NCBI GenBank assembly: GCA_000934665.2
Contig: KZ538074.1
Coordinates: forward strand, 62,001-126,000
Reading direction: 5' to 3'
Origin: Catajapyx aquilonaris
Lineage: Eukaryota
Length of the DNA stretch: 64,000 nucleotides
The notes under the pieces are model-generated. The model had not been told where the DNA came from. It was given only the letters and a program-made list of their open reading frames with translations, and searched no databases. The position numbers and the translations under genes were made by a program. The stretch's first letter is position 1; every line of letters begins with the position of its first letter. Of the stretch, positions 49,901 to 61,939 are shown piece after piece.

Positions 49901-50686
49901 CAGTAGTCAAGGGTGCTTCCTAGTGAAAAGGTTACCTTGGACAGGTGCATCAGGCTCAAACACGCGATGAGGCGAAGTTTTTGATTCGCTACAAGGGCAG
50001 CCTGAAAAAGAATATATTTACGTGCAGTGTACACCATGATATAATGCATTTGGGATATGTTGCAATGCATAATGAATACGTGATCATGTTACAAGCTACA
50101 TTGTATTTGAATGAATCGTTGGGTATGTGCTCGAGTGCTTATGTTTTAAACTTTTGAAGCGTCACAACTATTCTGAAAATGCTAAAAATACCATGCATAT
50201 AGTGATTCAGAGTGATGATGTTCATAATCAGGAAGCACAGGTATTTCCAGGCCTGCTGTGTCCTTCCTACATTGTGAAGTATACATTTGTAATGTTTTAA
50301 GAGCAATAATTACTCGCAATATTTCGACACTGTTGTGGTAATAAAATTATTAAATATGTTACATGTGCTGGCAACCTTGTCAATAGCACAGGTCAACACT
50401 GGCAATCTTGCACTAAAGATGGCGGCCAAGTAGTAGTTGCTGAAAAAGCTGCGAAACATTTCTACACGCTCATTACTGATCCAATTGAAAGTGTTTTCAC
50501 GCGTGAACAGCTTAACAACACTTGTACATAGGGTGTGATATAACCTTGTCACCCTACCGCAAAAGTCACGTAATGGAGCTGCTGGTTGCACATTGCATAA
50601 CATTAAGAGTGGTATTGACTTTTTTTTTTTGTTTTCAGGCCAATCACCTCAACATGCTGTAGGTTGATCAGGAGTACAGATGAGCA

Positions 50687-53600
50687 ATGGAGGGGCACGG
50701 TGTGACGTCGCAGGAGAGGAAAACCATTGAGAGGTACATTAAGTATCTTTCCATGAAGTTCATCCAAGTCATTGTGCAATCGAGGCTTGGCGAGAAGATC
50801 AAGACCACCTCCAAGGTGTCACCTTCAGGATCTGATTGGGTGAGAGGTCGGTCCGTGAAGTTGTGGTGTGGTTTTCGTTTGGTAGTTAAGAATAAGCAGT
50901 CATCAGATTGCTATGTTCGTTGAATGAGCAGATGCTTCAGCTATGGGCTGACTCGTGTAACTTCGTGGCTGGCACTACCAACATGGAAGATCTCACGTAA
51001 CTCAGGGTTCCCTATAGTTAGGTTGGCCTATTCAAATAGCACCAGCATGAAGTTGTGGTAACTACTTATTTCAAACTGGATTAAAATTGCTTATCCTATT
51101 CCAGCAGCACAAGATGATTTTGTTAAAAGTATTGCTATAAATATTGTACCAAATAGGGGAGAGGGCTGTACCATGGAACACTTTTTCAACATTTATTTTT
51201 ATTTAGTGAAGTTGTTCATGTTTTCAACATGTGAAACTGTCCATGTATAAAGCATATTGTTGCCCACACAATGGAACTTACTCATTTTGTATGTCACTAA
51301 TAACTTTACTAAAATTAATTAATATGTGATAGTGTTGCAAATGTTCCATGGTACAACATGCTGATGTACCTTGGAACAATCTGATGTATCCTTGGAACAA
51401 TTTATTTTCCAGCATGATATTAGGCTCAACAATGCAAATATTTTATTTCACGTTGTAGTGTTCATTCTTTTCAAAGCCAATTTTGAACACTATTCTTGAT
51501 GACACCCTGACACAACACCCTAGCTGATGTGTTCCAAGGTACATGCAGGGCTACTTTTAGAAATGAACTTGCCTCTCTTTCGTGCATTACATGATTGGTA
51601 GGTAATAATGATTCGGCACGGTAGACTATTGGTGTACACTTCAGAGCAGAACTTCATCTACTACAAATCTGTTATATGACAGGAGCAATAATCCACAAAA
51701 GGCCTGCCAAAAAACTTACTTTTGAGTATGAAAAAACACCTTCGCCACTCACTACCTCCAAAATGGCTACCTGCTAGGGTCTGCTTCCAACTAGGGGGCA
51801 TATGCATCCTTTGATTCAGAAAGTGGCCGGTACATGTCAACACGAGCTGTGGTACTATATCGCTCAAAAACATAGAGACGATTTCGCATTTGATTCAAGT
51901 GCAGGCTGCACTTGAGTCAAATGCAAAATCGTCTCTATGTTTTTGAGCGATATAGTACATTGAGTGTTCCGAGGTACATTGTACTCAAGGTACAGCCCTC
52001 TCCCCTACTGTATACCAAAAGCAAAATGTCATTTATGATTATCTGCAGTTGGTAGTGACATGATCAGCAAGAAACACAATGATAACACGGGAGGAGTTGC
52101 ATTGCATTCAGAAACCTCACTATCATGTACATTCCATTTAACTATTCTATGCAGTGCCCAGTAGGCAAACAGTCCTGCCTGCATGTGTTTCTGAACTACA
52201 GTCTGCTGGAATGCAATTGACCAATTTCCAGATGCGAGCCTCTGGCGGCCAACTTTGGCCTGCCATCAAAATGGCGGCGTTATGAGTGCAGAAGCGGGGC
52301 TTTCCAATCCCTGCCCATGTTAAATGGCCTCTGCTTGCTCGCGTCTGGGGGTCTGGCCCCGGGGCAGATCTTGTTCACATATTTTTTTGTGGAGTGAGGA
52401 GGTTCCTGGCCTGCCCTCACCAGGTTCCAAAAGTTAATTGGCCCCCGGGCGGACTGCCCCTGGAGTGATTTTGTGAATGGTGATTGCGCTTTTCTCATTG
52501 CTGTCCGAGCTCCGATTGTCCGTGTCTGGTGGTCTGGCCCCGGGGCAGATCTTGGTGAGATTTTTTTTTTTTGTATTGAGGAGGTTCCCGCCCTCGGGTT
52601 CCAAAACTTAACTGGCCCCGTGGCAGACTGCCCCTGGGCTGATTTTGTGAGTGCGAGTTTCTCATTACTATATCCTGGCTTTGCTTGTCCACATCTGGTG
52701 GTTTGGCTGGTTTGGCTCCGGGACCGATCATCATTATGTCAATATTTTTTTGGAGTGACCAGGGATGCACACATCGAAGCTGATCTGCAGAACATAAAAT
52801 GCAAAATCCAAATGCCACCATTCCTGCAAAGTCAAAGGCAATTTACAGAAGACCAGATGATGTCGACTAAGAATAACATTGTTGCTGTCAGGGTACAGTA
52901 CATGTGGAATGTGCCATGAATACTCAATTAAGGTGGAAATGAAGCGACTTGCTAATCAAATGAAAGTCTAGAATTGGAATGTTAATAAGAAGGGCTAAAA
53001 TCAGGGAAACATACGCAACCGATGCAGCAGTAAATGCTGTTCAATCCTATGCATTCCATTCGAATCCGCGTTTTAAACTCGATTTAATATGGGCCTATTA
53101 CCAGCTGCAAGTTTTTGTGCGCAGGCGCAACTTTCACGACTGCCAACTTAAACATGGTATTTGGAGGTGGGCTTAATATTTTTTATTTTTTATGGAAATC
53201 GATTTTATTCGGTCGTAATTACGAGGTCCCAATTTGTCATGGCATTTTTAAAAGTTTAGTTCCGAAAGGGGAGCCTGTAGCTCTTCATTTGTGTCGGATT
53301 TGGAACACGTTCAGTTGGTACGCGTGTGACAGGTAGAATCGGCAACACAGCAAAGGTCCGGGCCAATTATCGCGTAGCAGTATGTGACGTCATTGCCGGG
53401 TGGATTCGAATCAGTCGATTATTATAATATTATAATTATAACTATATAAACTAATATAACGGTTCTGACGTCTGACAAACACCCCCGCCTAACGAAAAGC
53501 CTGTGTGAGCCATTGTAAAAACCATCATACTAACTTGTACTCATATTTCGCGGTCGTATGCAACCGTATCTCGCTACCGTAAACAACGCTGTGTTGCCAC

Positions 53601-56600
53601 TGCCTGACTGGAGTGGAGCAATGTGACGTCACTGGATCATTTTCAGATCGTTTTTCAGCAATACAAATTGAAAGAGCACGGTGAGGTAGGTTTTTCTTTT
53701 TGCTGTTACGATCAGTATACAATATCTGCCCCGGGGCCAGACCCCCAGACGCGAGCAAGCAGAGGCCATTTAACATGGGCAGGGATTGGAAAGCCCCGCC
53801 TCTACACTCATAACGCCGCCATTTTGATGGCAGGCCAAAATTGGCTGCGAGAGGCTCACATCTGGAAATTGGTCAATTGGTAGGTCTCGGGAGTAGTGTG
53901 CCTGACTAGAATGTGCAGGGAGGGAGATATTTGAGGGAAATGGGACTCAGCCACAATGTTACATTGCATCAGCCGATATTATAATATCTTGTCATACTGA
54001 ATGTACAGTTTCAATTTATCAGGACATCATAAATTCAGGCCAGTTTTATGACACTGTTATGACCCCAGGTCTTGTACATATTATTCTGCACATTAGGAAA
54101 ATTTCATATTGCTCTGAAAGTAGTTAGATAAATCATTACAATGGTGGCCTATGCCACTATTGATGGTTGGTAGTACTACACTCTGAAGGACCTAGTTAGT
54201 AGGTCACATATATGGTCTTAGAAGAATAGGTCAGGACACTCACTGCCATCTTGTGTGCCGTTATTCCTTCCCGCAGTGGTGCTAATATATTTGCAATGGA
54301 ATCTCTCGCTGCATCATAAGTTCAGCACACCTTATGGCACAACTATGCACTAACACCTAGACTAGAGCATGACCTAGAGCTAGGTGTTAGTGCATAGTGG
54401 GGCCATAAGGGGCGCTGAACTTATGATGCAGCAAGGGATTCCATTGCAGATATATTAGCACCACTGCGGGAAGAGATAACGGCAGAGCTTTTTCTATTAG
54501 CCTGGGATGGAAGTGTCCCTGGGCTGGTCACATATGATTACATTGTTGATTGATACTATCACAGTCAAGGTTTGGAATAGTTCACAGATTTGTCCTGCCA
54601 TTCTTACAAGAGTAAAGGGGGGTTCACACTAGTTGACGGGAGCATACGAAAAGAACGATCCGAAAGAGTGGACCAATCAGAGCCCACTTGAGGATGACGA
54701 AAAGTGAAAGGGATTACGAAACGGAAAAGTTGGGAGAAATCAACTTTTGACGGACACGGAATACGGAATACGTAGGCTTACGGACCTATCCACCAATGGA
54801 AGAGCCAGGAAAGCGGTAGGGGTGTGGCGAGCGAAAGTGAAAGGGAAAGCCGGCAGCGCCTCTGGCGGGGACAGGACGAAGGACATCAGTTGGGACTCGG
54901 GACCCAGGGCGAGCGGGCCTCGGGAGATGGGAGAAGAGAAGGGTATGACCGTGGGTCCGAAGGGAGGGTTGCCACAGACCTTGAAATCCTTGAAATCCTT
55001 GAAAAGTCAGGGAATAAAAAAATCGTCAGGGAAATCAGTGAAAAGTCAGGGAATTTGAAAATGGGTCAGGGAAAATGTGTTTAAAATCGCTGACCTAACG
55101 TCGGTCGCGGATAGGACCGTCTCAGTTTGTACATGTGATTATCATTGCGGGCCGGCATGCGTTTCATTAAACAAAAAAAAAACCAAAAATGCGTCTGATT
55201 TACACCCCTTGCTGTGTTCTTTTTTTGGAATGGGTTTTTTGAGTTTGCTATGGGTATGTCGAAAGGTCAGGGAATTTTGATAAAAGGTCAGGAAAAAGTC
55301 AGGGAAAAGTCAGGGAAATTAAAAATGGGAAGCCTGTGGCAACCTTGGGAGGGAGGGCCCGAGGGAGATCCGGCTTCCTCCCCGAGAATTCAAGCACAGC
55401 GCATGCGCTGCGGGATACGGAGGCTAAAGCCATGCCACTCGCTTTTGTGTCTGAACACCTTTCCCCTCTTTCCGTTTGTTCCGTCATACCGTTCCGTTCG
55501 TTTCGTATGCTCCCGTCAGCTAGTGTGAACCCGCCTTAATATGACCAGCCAGTGTAAGTTAGCAACCCAATTGCATCAGTCATGCCTTTCTTGGCCTTAT
55601 TGGCCACCTCCAAACAACTACCACAATATACCTTATTGATCAATTCCTTTTCCTTCATTCCCTCTCTATTCCCAAACCACCCATGAAGTGACTCATCCTT
55701 GATTCATGACAGTTTTGTCTATACAACTTGAAAATTATTGGAATCAGGGTTGGCTGGTTTAAACCACGGTTTAAATCAAGTGGTTTTTTTAAAAAAAAAA
55801 CCTTCATGGTTTTTTTAATGAAAAGTAATCCCTAGGCTAGTGGCTACCCCAGTATTTTGGGGAAAATGCCGTGATTGTATGCATGTAATGTATGTTACGT
55901 ATGTATGTATATTGTATAGTCATTTATCATTTTATCTTTTAATGTTTAAATCATTCATAAGGCTGCTGGAGCCATAGAAGATAGACTGTTAGTGCTTTTT
56001 GAACTCAGGTTAAAAGTTAAGTTAATTAGTTTTAGTATTGTACAGTATTATTATACAATGCCACTATTTTTTTTTTACGTTACCCCGTGATAAGGCTGAG
56101 CCTTTTTAGGGGGGTGGAATACCACCATTTCACTCCATTTTCCTGTATTAACTTCATTCACCGGTGCAAGGAGTCAAGGATGTAGGGTAGGGATAGGGAT
56201 TTTTGGGGAGGGAACATGGGTGCAAGGTGCAATGTCGTAGCTATGGGTCATGTGCTGTTCCCCAGGAGTTAGGTTGCCAGACGGTGCAGGTCAGAGACCC
56301 TCCTGACGCAAGTGAAAGGAAAGTTCCCCAGGCGGGGATCGAACCTGGGGCCTTTCACTAAGCAAGCCGAGACGTTACCATCTCGGCCATCTACACCTCC
56401 CCAATGCCACTATTTTGTTATTTGTTTACATTGATATTGAAACATTTAAGCAGCATTTCTGTGTGAAATCTCTACATTGTAGTTTTCAAAATTATACCAT
56501 ATTTTGAGATTCAGCTTTCAATTTGCCGAATAATTATAATTTTGAGCAAGATACATTTTCTTAATCAAAAGTATAACTTATTATTTACCTCACTATGAGT

Positions 56601-57297
56601 TGGGAATGGGCATACGTAGATGATAAGAAGTCACAACTTGTTTAAATGAATTTAAACCAAAAATTTGAAATTTAACCTGGTTTAAACCAAAAAAACCTGG
56701 TTTAAACCCCAAAAAATTGTTTTTTGGTGTTTAAAAAAATCCGTTTTTTTCCAACCCTGATTGGAATACTCATGGGAATGTTGTAAATCTTCCTTTGTAT
56801 TGTGTGGCTTGTTTTGGACATGGTGGGAACTACATTTTTGCAGCCTGCCTAGCCTGCTATAAGTGCAACTAAGGCACTCCTAGGTTTCAGGTGTGGTTCT
56901 TTGTGTTCACACGAAAGATGGGCGGATTGATTTGTCACGAGAATAGGGATTTCCATAGTTTAAGAATGGCAGAAAAATGTGTCTAAAATGACGTTGCGGT
57001 AGTGCTTTTGTAAGACTATTTCAGCATACATAATCAGCAAAACAAATGTGATAACTGAAGTCAAAGTGAGGCTGTCAAAGGTAAGAGATTTTCATGTTAT
57101 GCATTTGGCAAAAGGTACCTCACATTTTATCAAAAACAATTCATGACATCTCAACATCTTTGTGAGCCTTGTGACACAAACGCTCAAACAGGATTTTGCC
57201 ATTAATTTTTTAACTAGTAATTTTTTCCCAAGACCATTTGTTCGGCGTCAGAAACATGCTTGTAACCTGAATTTTTGAAGCACTGACCAATACATCA

Positions 57298-57373
<76 letters not shown>

Positions 57374-59750
57374 AGATATAAAACTGCCATTATGTACTCT
57401 CATTGAATGATGTGTGATTTTCTTTTTCTTTTTAACCACCCAGTTTTGTCTGGTGATTCATGACAATGCAGAAGTTGCTTCAGAGACGAAACGTGCCCTG
57501 GGTGGTGAGATCCCTTCAGTGGGACTTCCCTTATGCGTGGAGATATCCCTCCGCACTGTCGAAGGAGACAGCATGGCACTTGAAACGTGGGTTCTCAGCC
57601 TGCTTGAAGGGGCACCTGGTGTGGGAGGAGGGCCCTCTGGGGAAGGAGTTGCAGGAGGTAGCCCTGTGCATGACAAACACATGGTGTACTCAAGGATGGG
57701 TGTACTGGTCAAGTCATTGGTGTCTGTCTCAAGGGTGACTCCAGCGTACAAGCTGTCCAGGAGACAGGGACCTGACTCTTATGTCATCTGCTACAGAGTG
57801 TACTTGGGACAGCCACAAGTCTCTCATCTGGGTAAGTGTGAATATGTCTAGCATAATTTTATTTTGAAGATTCTAACGACTTCATTCTTGATTTAGGTGA
57901 AGGTTATAAGTGCATGAAAGTGGGACAACTAGAAACGTGTGTTGGAATCCTACATCTTTCACTGGCATACCGCACCAAGATGACAATATCTCCACACCGG
58001 GTGGAGAAGGACAACCCAATTATGCTCAAGAGTGATCATTTCCGACCAGACCTCAGTCCCAAGCATGCCAACAGGAACAGGTTTATTGCAAATGAGAGCC
58101 ATATTTTCACTGTCAATAGTTTATGGGGCCTTTAGTCTAACTTCCCAGTGTAATGGTTCAAATTAGAAATTATTTAATGAAAGTAAAGGAGTAAACAAAT
58201 ATGCGAATTTGAGTTTTCAACACTATTTAAAGGAAGGGTTCAGTGAGTTTGTTTGTTGGGCTTCAAAGATCAAGGAAGACTCCCTGATTCCAAAAATGTG
58301 GTCGGTTTTTGAATCTGACAGTGCATAAGCAAATGCCCTCATGTGAAAGTCGCAATCCGCTATGGTATTCGCTACGGTAATATCGAGTAGCGGAGATCCC
58401 GGTAACCTGCATGGGCTTAGCCACAAAGTCAATTTTTAAACTAGGAAGTGGATGGATCACTTGGCCCTTCGCCCCTTCCTCCGACGCCGCCACATGCAGC
58501 CAAAATGTGGGCAATGTGTATTCCTCGTCTCTCTCCGGATTATACCTCGTGACACTACCCGTCTTGGTAAGACTCAAACTGGTACGGAAGTGTCCTGCCA
58601 TGGGCATCACTCAGCCACATGGTCCGATCACTCGCGCCCCTCTATTGTCTTCGGAGCTCACCGCTAGAGGAAATGCCTGTTCGGAGCTGATTTTTTTAAA
58701 AATCGACTTTGACTTGAAATTTTACGCTTATGGTGCATTTGCTACTAAAACGGACTGGATATTCATAATCAGGGAGTCCTGGGTGATTTTTGAAGCCCAA
58801 CATGCAAAATCACTGAACCCTTTCTTTAAAGAATATGTGGTGCTACATGTGCTAAAGTTAAGTGTAGCTCATCCAGTTCAAGTAGATAACTACAGTCAGA
58901 CAATGGACTGTCCATAAATTACGTAGACACTTTTCAAACGCCCCCCCCCCCCNNNNNNNNNNNNNNNNNNNNNNNNNNNNNNNNNNNNNNNNNNNNNNNN
59001 NNNNNNNNNNNNNNNNNNNNNNNNNNNNNNNNNNNNNNNNNNNNNNNNNNNNNNNNNNNNNNNNNNNNNNNNNNNNNNNNNNNNNNNNNNNNNNNNNNNN
59101 NNNNNNNNNNNNNNNNNNNNNNNNNNNNNNNNNNNNNNNNNNNNNNNNNNNNNNNNNNNNNNNNNNNNNNNNNNNNNNNNNNNNNNNNNNNNNNNNNNNN
59201 NNNNNNNNNNNNNNNNNNNNNNNNNNNNNNNNNNNNNNNCCCCCCCCTTCCTGTCTACGTAATTTATGGATGGCCCCCAAGAAACACTTGACCTTATTGC
59301 AAATTGCTGTTGCCGATTTACTTTTCTGATGCCACAATTACTTTTTCAAGGTTCTCTGATCCATTGTCCCGTCCGCAAGAGTCCCCCCATCCATCAACAT
59401 CACCCCCTGAAACGGTAACAAGACGCAGCTCTGATCCATCTGCAGAGAGGGATCGCGATAGGGAGGTCAACCTGTTAGCCGACTACCAAAAAGTTGGTGC
59501 CTTTGCAGATTCTGAGAAGGCCAAAAAGGTGGCAGCAGTTGTCGGAGCAGGAGCAATACCAGGAGTACCCGATGTAGCATTTGGTAGCTTGCTGAAGATG
59601 GCAGGTGTGAAGGATGACAGCAAGACATCTGAAGGGATTAAGGGGGACACAGTCGCTGTGGAGGCCAATATCACCCAATCAAATTCTGACTCAAGGAGGT
59701 CAAGTGGGTCAGTTCACTCGGGAGCTGACGACTTCATCATGGTTGAACTT
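50687..59750 (+). CDS. ATG13: Autophagy-related protein 13, partial; exons 50687-50839, 57444-57831, 57897-58080, 59351-59750
   Basis: HORMA domain K..QVIVQSRLGEKIKT...GSDW|FCLVIHD...LCVEISLRTVEGDSMALETW...RVTPAYKLSRRQG...ICYRVY.G, LSLAYRT, IMLKSDHF, KVGAF and LIR motif DDFIMV. Phases are consistent. The final exon was not found in the window. Confidence 0.92.
51150..52010. mobile_element. pogo-type element with a nested GTAC element
   Basis: TAGGGGAGAGGGCTGTACC...GGTACAGCCCTCTCCCCTACTG|TA. Confidence 0.7.
51852..51958. mobile_element. GTAC-bounded palindromic mini-element, family A
   Basis: Almost perfect 107-bp palindrome GTACTATATCGCTCAAAAACATAGAGACG... Confidence 0.88.
52214..53879. mobile_element. 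Non-autonomous DNA element with ~155-bp TIRs
   Basis: CAATTGACCAATTTCCAGATG...CATCTGGAAATTGGTCAATTG; internal tandem duplication ~52340-52510 / ~52520-52690. Confidence 0.8.
54256..54484. repeat. ~230-bp palindrome (probable MITE)
   Basis: tgccgttattccttcccgcagtggtgctaatatat... pairs with ...atatattagcaccactgcgggaagagataacggca. Confidence 0.75.
54616..55536. mobile_element. Harbinger-type MITE with a nested hAT-type MITE (~54965-55347)
   Basis: TAA|AGGGGGGTTCACACTAG...CTAGTGTGAACCCGCCT|TAA; insert AGGGTTGCCACAG...CTGTGGCAACCTTG with aagtcagggaa repeats. Confidence 0.75.
55745..56759. mobile_element. hAT-type MITE interrupted by a SINE
   Basis: CAGGGTTGG...CCAACCCTG with 8-bp TSD attggaat; ggtttaaacc subterminal repeats. 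Confidence 0.8.
56071..56401 (-). mobile_element. SINE family 3
   Basis: TSD caatgccactatttt at 56056-56070 and 56402-56416. Confidence 0.85.
57293..57370. repeat. (CAT)/(ATT)n microsatellite
   Basis: More than 20 trinucleotide units just upstream of ATG13 coding exon 2. Confidence 0.9.
58231..58825. mobile_element. Kolobok-type MITE
   Basis: TTAA|AGGAAGGGTTCAGTGA...TCACTGAACCCTTTCT|TTAA with extended inverted arms. Confidence 0.75.
58905..59278. mobile_element. Harbinger-type MITE spanning an assembly gap
   Basis: TCCATAAATTACGTAGACA / TGTCTACGTAATTTATGGA flank the N run. Confidence 0.6.
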
Positions 59751-59835
59751 GTGAGTTAATTATTAGAAACCACTTTAAAAAGTACAGAAGTCAAAAATAT
59801 GCTGCTACCACGATGATCCAAATGTGTTCCAGATA

Positions 59836-60498
59836 CGAGGGTCGTTCCGAATAAGTTAAGATTTTTACTGTCAGTTGTTAGAGGACATTCTTCTGCATGG
59901 GTGATCCAAATTTAGTCTAGCTTGTGCTCTCCGCGTATGCACAGGAGTAAGCGGAAGAAAGCGACTTTCGCCCCGAGCGTGTCCACTCTATAAGTGCTTG
60001 AGTCACAGGTCGTGGACGAAAGATGGAGTGTGGGCGGTTATCTGAGAGTTCCACATCATAGTCCAGACAACTGTATCCACAGTCACCCGCAGCAAATGGC
60101 CGTTACAGTGCAGTAGAGGAGCAGGGGCTGGAAGGCTGTAGATGTCTGCGACTAAGGTGAATGTTGCACGTGTGGATGCCAAGATTCGCTCTGACGGTCG
60201 GGTCACTGTCTCACAGTTGTCTGGATGATGACGTGGATCTCGCAGATAACTGCCCTCACTTTATCTTTCGTCCACGTCTTTTGACTCAAGTGCTGATAGA
60301 GTGGGCACGCTCGGCGCGTAAGTTGCATTCTTCCACTTCACCCCTGCGCATGCGAGGAGTGCACAAGGGAGACCAAGTTTGGCTCACCCATGCAGAATAA
60401 TGTCCTCTAACTGCTGACGGTAAAAATTTCCCCATATGTAGCCTACAATACTTTTGGAAGTAATCGCGAAGGGAAACTTATTTTCGAAACGACCCTCA
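59836..60498. mobile_element. Mariner-type fold-back MITE
   Basis: TA|CGAGGGTCGTTCCGAATAAGT...TTTTCGAAACGACCCTCA|TA; internal arms are inverted; a related segment lies at ~60860-60975. Confidence 0.75.
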
Positions 60499-61320
60499 TA
60501 TTTATGTGATGTTCTTGATTGGCAATTCTGTCTCGTACTTATTTCTGAATCTGATTCTGTGAGCAAATGCAGTTCATCAGGTCAGCTTTTAACCTGTTTG
60601 TGATGTCACTACCCAGGGTGAGGCATCAGTGTCTACTGACAGGGATGATGGGAACTGGGAAATACAGGGTGTATATGAATAAATCTGCCAATATGATACG
60701 GGTAGGGGGTGCATAATTAGGGAAGAACCATGGCATGGGTCCGAATGGCCGGTGACAATTTGTTTTGGAGATGTCTTGACATCTCTAAAATGGATCGTCA
60801 CCGGGCTTTCTGACCCATGCCATGCTTCTTCTCTGCTTCTTCTCTTCACGTCTCTCTCGTGCATTCCGTTCATGCACAGGAGTAAGCGGAAGAAAGCGAC
60901 TTTCGCGCAGAGCGTGCCAACTCCATAAGCGCTTGAGTCAAAAGATGTGGACAAAAGATGAAGTGAGGGCTCATGAGACTCGACAACGTATATATGAAAT
61001 GAGCCCGATAGGAGGAGCCACCTGAAAGTGATACTTTGAGCGTTTCTAGCGGCAAAATGGCACATTAGATATTTCTTTTGCCCTTCAGAACAATACATTG
61101 ACCAGGTTTCAGCCAAGTCTCTCTGGTTCAACTTTTCCCATAAGGTGCTTTGTGATTCATGTGCCTAGGGCAAGGTATGAAGTTTTAACTTGCTATCCAT
61201 GAAAAGCCTCCCAGAGGAGGTACTGTACAGTGCAATAGATGTGATATTTCAGTCTGTCACAGCGAATTTTAAAAAACAAGTTTATCCGGGTAAAATCACC
61301 CAGAATACAATGAGCATTTA

Positions 61321-61817
61321 AGCCTGTTTTAGGAATTCCCTTTTCGCATTATAAAGAGAATTCACACCGCAAACTGCAAGTCGTCGCTGCATATGGGTGG
61401 GCAGCAACAAGCTGCTTCCTGCTGTGTGTCAATTTATGAAAAGGTTGCCGCTCGCGGCAAAGTATGAGAGGGTATGGGCAAGTATGAGAAGCGGAGGGTC
61501 GGAAAGGTACATGCGCCATTAGCAGCCAGGCGGACAGGGGAAAACATAGGAGGAAAAGAAGCAAGACGAGCAGGCGAGGAGGTGAGGGAGGCGTGGATAT
61601 CACGTGACTCGATGGGACTTCTTCAGATTGGCTCAGCCCGACAGCATACAGTCGGACTTCTAGATATTTTGAAGTTTGTAGCTGGTGCTTTCGGCAGCAA
61701 AACGCGGCTGTGTGCTGCTCGTTGTCATTTAATCAATTTGTCTGCCGCGCGCATTGCTTGCAGTCCGGCGTTATGAAGTCGCTTTATAACACGAAAAGAT
61801 AATTCATAAAACAGCCT
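61321..61817. mobile_element. Degenerate inverted-repeat element (Harbinger-like TTA flanks)
   Basis: agcctgttttaggaatt...ttataaagagaattca pairs with tgaagtcgctttataa...aattcataaaacagcct. Confidence 0.5.
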
Positions 61818-61939
61818 TTAGGCAAAAGTGATAGGGTAAGCAGCCTGTTCTAACAAGGGATGTTTGCCAAATGCAAGTAATAGATTTTTTTCAAACCTAG
61901 TAGTTAAGGAAGCCACCCTCAGTAATAAATAATAATTAT

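Noticed and set aside
54960..55350. Repeated aagtcagggaa units, also taactcgaa (41260-41830) and ggtttaaacc (55750-56740), as a CRISPR-like array
   Set aside because: These are irregularly spaced subterminal transposase-binding repeats inside TIR elements. The DNA is eukaryotic and has no cas genes.
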